From: Azolla caroliniana
Taxonomy: Eukaryota; Plantae; Polypodiophyta
Direction: 5' to 3'
Length of the DNA: 64,000 bases
NCBI GenBank assembly: GCA_043228905.1
Contig: JBHGNT010000021.1
Span: forward strand, 3,658,001-3,722,000
Position 1 is the stretch's first letter. Each line of letters begins with the position of its first letter. The notes under the pieces are model-generated. The model had not been told where the DNA came from and did no database searches. It saw only the letters and a program-made list of their open reading frames with translations. Made by a program: the position numbers and the translations under genes. Below are positions 59,582 to 64,000 of the stretch, piece by piece.

Positions 59582-62500
59582 TTAAGAGACCACAGCCACA
59601 TCTACCAAGGAAGACACTGGAGATAAGTCCTGAGGAATATGCTCTAGCAATACTTGACCACCCAATTGTTCTCTCCTGGGAGTGGTTCGAGTTGAATGTT
59701 GCTTCTTGACCATTTTGATTCTATGTTCCTTGGCCTCTGATGTAACCTTACTTGTTGATAAACCATTATTAACACTTTTAGACTCTCTGGGCTTGATATT
59801 ACCATTGCCTTGAATCTCGGCTGACGGTTTAACATCTTTTCCTTTCTTAAGTACTTTGGGATTCTCATTAGATATTATATGACCGTCAGAAGGATCACCT
59901 GGTGCGAGCAATGAATCACTTTTATTCATAACACCATCATTATTCTTCTCAATGATTACCACATTGCTCGAGTCACCGGGCAGCCCAACCAATTGCTTTG
60001 CACAATGATCATCGGCATTGATGTGGGGGGGATTGTCAAGTACAAGTACTCCAGGATGCAATTCGGTTATTTCTTTTGGCCGAGATTGCTTCATGTCTTT
60101 TTTCAGGGGGTCATGTAGCTCTCGCTTTTGTGACAATTTCAAAGCTTTATTGTTGTTGGATGAAGAAGTTTTAACTGTGCATTGACCTGATCCCTTCCCA
60201 GCAATTGATTTGATATCACTTCGTGGAGAGCAGCCCTCACTCTCTGGTGTTAGACCAGAGCTTGCAATCATAGAGTTGTGGCTCTTTCTTCCTAATTTAG
60301 GGGATTTGGGCCGCGTTAGCGGTATCTGTTTATAATTAAAAGAGTTTTACCTCATTCGTACATTAATCTGGATATATATTTCAAATGCTTTCCCAAAGGA
60401 AACCTTTTAAGCAACAAGGATCTATTATCTCAAAAAAATCCACCCCATGTTTAACAAAAACTCTCTTTACCTTCTTGATCTCCATTTTCGGTGGTGCTGA
60501 CTCTTGATAAAATGAAGGCAGTGGCATTGCCTTGAAAGGACTCTTATGGGCCCGGTTTTTCTCTGCTTCAATTTCTTCCTGAAATGGTTTATTATCCCCC
60601 AAAATATGCAAACATATCATCATACAACACCAAAAAAACTCAATGTGTATTTCTAGGTATTGAACGGAATGGAATTTGTTTCTGCTTCATCAACCTTGAT
60701 ATCACATCATATGTACATTTTGTATTGAAGCTAGAATAAGAGAATATAACTACTTTCCTCCATAGAGCTGGAAATGGAACTCAAGAATAACATATGATTA
60801 ATGTGCATTGGGTCAATCAATCTTTTTCCAAAGCCATCATCACATGCCTAATTTAAATCACAAAACCTTTTCTTCACATACCCAATGGATGGGGAAGCAT
60901 AAATAAAAATACACTATTACCTCTGACCCTTAACTTTTAAGGTAAATGGAAATGACTCAGATTCTGAATCATCAATCAAGTAATGAATCAGAGAGTGATG
61001 CTCATGCAGTGAAGATGGAAGGAACAAACGACCACAGTAAAAATACCAACTTTAAGATTCGGTCTATGGGCTTTCTTGTACATGGCAACTTCTGCCACAT
61101 AGTAAAGATGGTTCTTGAATATGACCTGGTCACGTTAACTTGAAATACAAAAAACCTAATATCATACAATTTTGGAGAGCATCACAATAATAAAGGTACA
61201 TAGAATCCTATCACATATTGAATATAGTCAACATATTTTAATGTAAAATATGGAAGGTATCTTCAGATGCATGCAATTTTGAATACTTTTGAATTTTAGC
61301 TTTAACATTTAAGAACTTAGGGTGAAGATTTATTGGTCAGATGCCATCGGTCGATCGAACTTTACCTTTGTCTTTGTATGCCTACTTGTTCCTTCCTTTC
61401 CTGTTACCTCTCTGCTCCTTGCACCTTTAACATCACTACTATAATTTAACGAATTGGTGCTTGCTCTCATCTGCATCATTTTAGCTTTCTTGTTACTCAT
61501 ATGTTCAATGCGCCTGCCCAACACAAAATATAATGTTAATTCCAACGAAATTTAGAAGTCCTTTTCTAGGGATGTACACGTCATTCATGTTAAAGGTCCT
61601 TTCTTAATTTTTGGCAATCATATTCAGCTCAGTTATATTTTAGCTGCGAAGAAAAACAGGGAGTGTATATGAGTTTGGTGCCAAATGTGCTATATTCTCG
61701 TCCCTCTCCACAAGGAATAGTAACATGGAAACCTGTCTTGCTGACAACAACAAAAGAAACAAACAATCTACTAAATCTTGCCTTTGTCATGATGTCTACC
61801 AATAGGATTCTTAACATTATCATAGAGTATTATTCACTATACAACTTGAAAAATGCTATCATCATTTAAAAAAATTCTACCATGTGTCTAGCTTCTACAA
61901 TGTCAAAAGACAAAGAATGGAAGATTCCCTCTCATTGGTGTGTGATCTAATAATTATGAAATGTGCAAATCTATACTATTTTTTTTAAATTGGACTGGTA
62001 GAAAATAGGCCATATGGTTTTAAATTTCTTACTTACTTGACATGTTCTCCTTTATCTCCTGCAGTATTATCTGTCTTGGAGTCCTGGAAAAACATCAATA
62101 AAGAAATTTCTCATTAAAAAAGAATCCACAGTTCATGCACATTTTGTTTTTCCCTATCTAAGACACTAATCTTTAAAAAAACTGAAGGTTGAAACCAACC
62201 TGAGCATTCCTCAACCGTAAATGCCCTCCTAAGGAGGCCCTTTTATCAGTTGCAAGTCTAAAGGGCTGTGGAATGGTGAAATTCGGGTGAGATCGACGCA
62301 TGCCACATTGCGTTTGAACAATTGATGACTCTGAATCACTTCCTTTGGTCTCGGCCAGTTCACATTTATTTCCTCTATTATCATTCAGTGCATATTTTGC
62401 CAAACATTTTGGTCCATTCTTTGGTATTGGTGCTGAATATCGTTCTTTTGAAACATTTGTTCCATGCTCAAAGTGTTTCTGAACTGAACCCCGCTTGCTA

Positions 62501-63433
62501 GAGCTCATCATGGAGCTCCCATTCTTCTTGTTAGTTGATTCCTATGTCAGATAATAGAGGGTGATTCAGTTCATCATCCATATTTGGGTTTTCTTTGTGA
62601 GGGGATGAAGGCTCCCACGTATACATATAGCATTCAATCAATATCCACAAACACACACAAACTTTTTCACAGGTCAAGAATCACACATTATACAGATACA
62701 CATCCACAGCATGTTCAGGTTTTCACGGATCAAGACCCATACATATATACAGGTACACCTAAAAAAGTCAAGACCTACACATATTGATACGCACATAATG
62801 TAGATCAAGAGTGAACCCTACCTACACACCTTATGTTATGGTCTTCCTGGTTCAAGACCTACCCAAACACAAACACACAAACATGTTGCATACATACATA
62901 CTGTAACTGGAATCTCCCTGGTCAAGGCCTGCCCATGTACAGATACTGGATACACAATGTTACGAACCTACAATACTCACAACACGAAATGTCAGGGCTT
63001 ACCAAGGATCAAGAATGACTAGATACACATAAATTTAGGTATTGTTTTGGGGTTTTCAAAGAGATCGACACCCAACACACATACACACATGCACCTTTCC
63101 ATGTGATTCAATTTTATTTGTTCCTAAGTCTCCACTTGGAACCAAGGCATTCCGCCCTTCCGCTATGTCGTTTTTTTCTTCATTCTCATCTTCATATTCT
63201 CCTTCTTCTTCATTGTCGTTTTCTTCATCTGCTTTCAGGTTTATCGCTTGGGTCATTGATTCCTCTTCTTTTCCTTCCTCCTTTTGGCCTCCTTGTTCAA
63301 GTTTAATTGCATCATACGCGATATCACTTTTATTTCTCTCGATATGAACGGTCAATCCATCCTCCCCTATAGACTTCTCCAAACCTTGAGGTGTGGACGA
63401 GGACCCAACCCCTGCACGAACACTGACATTCAT
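59582..63433 (-). CDS. WDL: TPX2-domain WVD2-like (WDL) microtubule-associated protein, divergent, about 575 aa; exons 63095-63433, 62200-62541, 62037-62083, 61366-61513, 60471-60578, 59582-60325
   Basis: FTIPQPFRLATDKRAS and FKAMPLPSFYQESAPPKMEIKK|IPLTRPKSPKLGR are WDL/TPX2_C hallmarks. All proposed introns are GT-AG and in phase. Confidence 0.8.
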
Positions 63434-64000
63434 ATTCCCTCTGCAATGGTGATTTAGGCTGCCCCCTGCCCCTGTCTCTGCAAATATCTATGGATCAACC
63501 TCAAGAGAAAATCCAAAAATAAAACAAAATTGCATTGATCTCCTGCGGGAATAGTCGCATTCAAATATATGAACTAAAAAAAGAAAAGAACGAAAAAAAA
63601 CATCCTTTTCAATGAGAAAACAAGTTATCATTACTTATATGAGTAAGAAGATGATCAGATTGAAATGCGTTTTACATGGATGAAAAGATGATGAGACCAT
63701 GATTCATCATCTACCATGAGAAAACCAATGATCATGAACTACACGATGAGATGATCAAACACATAAACATTTGTTTCATATAAGGATGAAAATACATTAT
63801 AAGGATGGGTAAATACATGTATATGTGTAGAACCATATGATCACTAATAACTAAATTTGATGAAAGCCATATATATGTGTATGTACATATATGTGTGTAT
63901 AAACACTATCGCTGGATGAAGAAACCAGCATAGCATATATAAGTATTCCAAAAATCGGAATATGTGAATAAAAACACCATCTCTGGATGAAGAAACTAGC

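Overview
Eukaryotic land-plant nuclear DNA with GT-AG spliced genes. The style of the PPR repeats suggests a fern or other seed-free vascular plant, but that is inference only. In order along the window, I could reconstruct: the 3' end of a TFIIF large subunit (RAP74) gene, a long coiled-coil protein gene, an intronless mitochondrial dicarboxylate carrier, a TM9SF/TMN Golgi protein, a decayed PLS-class PPR pseudogene, an intronless orphan ORF with two related coiled-coil repeats, a 5-exon VPS55 gene largely missed by the ORF track, the catalytic queuine tRNA-ribosyltransferase subunit (QTRT1/TGT), ribosomal protein RPL23 (uL14), the UV-B photoreceptor UVR8, and a divergent TPX2/WVD2-like protein. 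Non-genic DNA holds two MITEs, a Ty3/gypsy RT-RNase H remnant, microsatellites and many local 40-240 bp tandem duplications. There is no CRISPR array, rRNA or complete tRNA gene. The strongest leads are: (1) the QTRT1 5' end, with two look-alike first coding exons sharing the same donor, plus a short uORF containing three queuosine-dependent NAU codons; (2) the UVR8 leader intron with telomere-like, G-rich repeats, together with an altered C27 tail; (3) a WDL protein apparently lacking its KLEEK core; (4) the orphan coiled-coil ORF. All exon structures were read by eye and need transcript confirmation.
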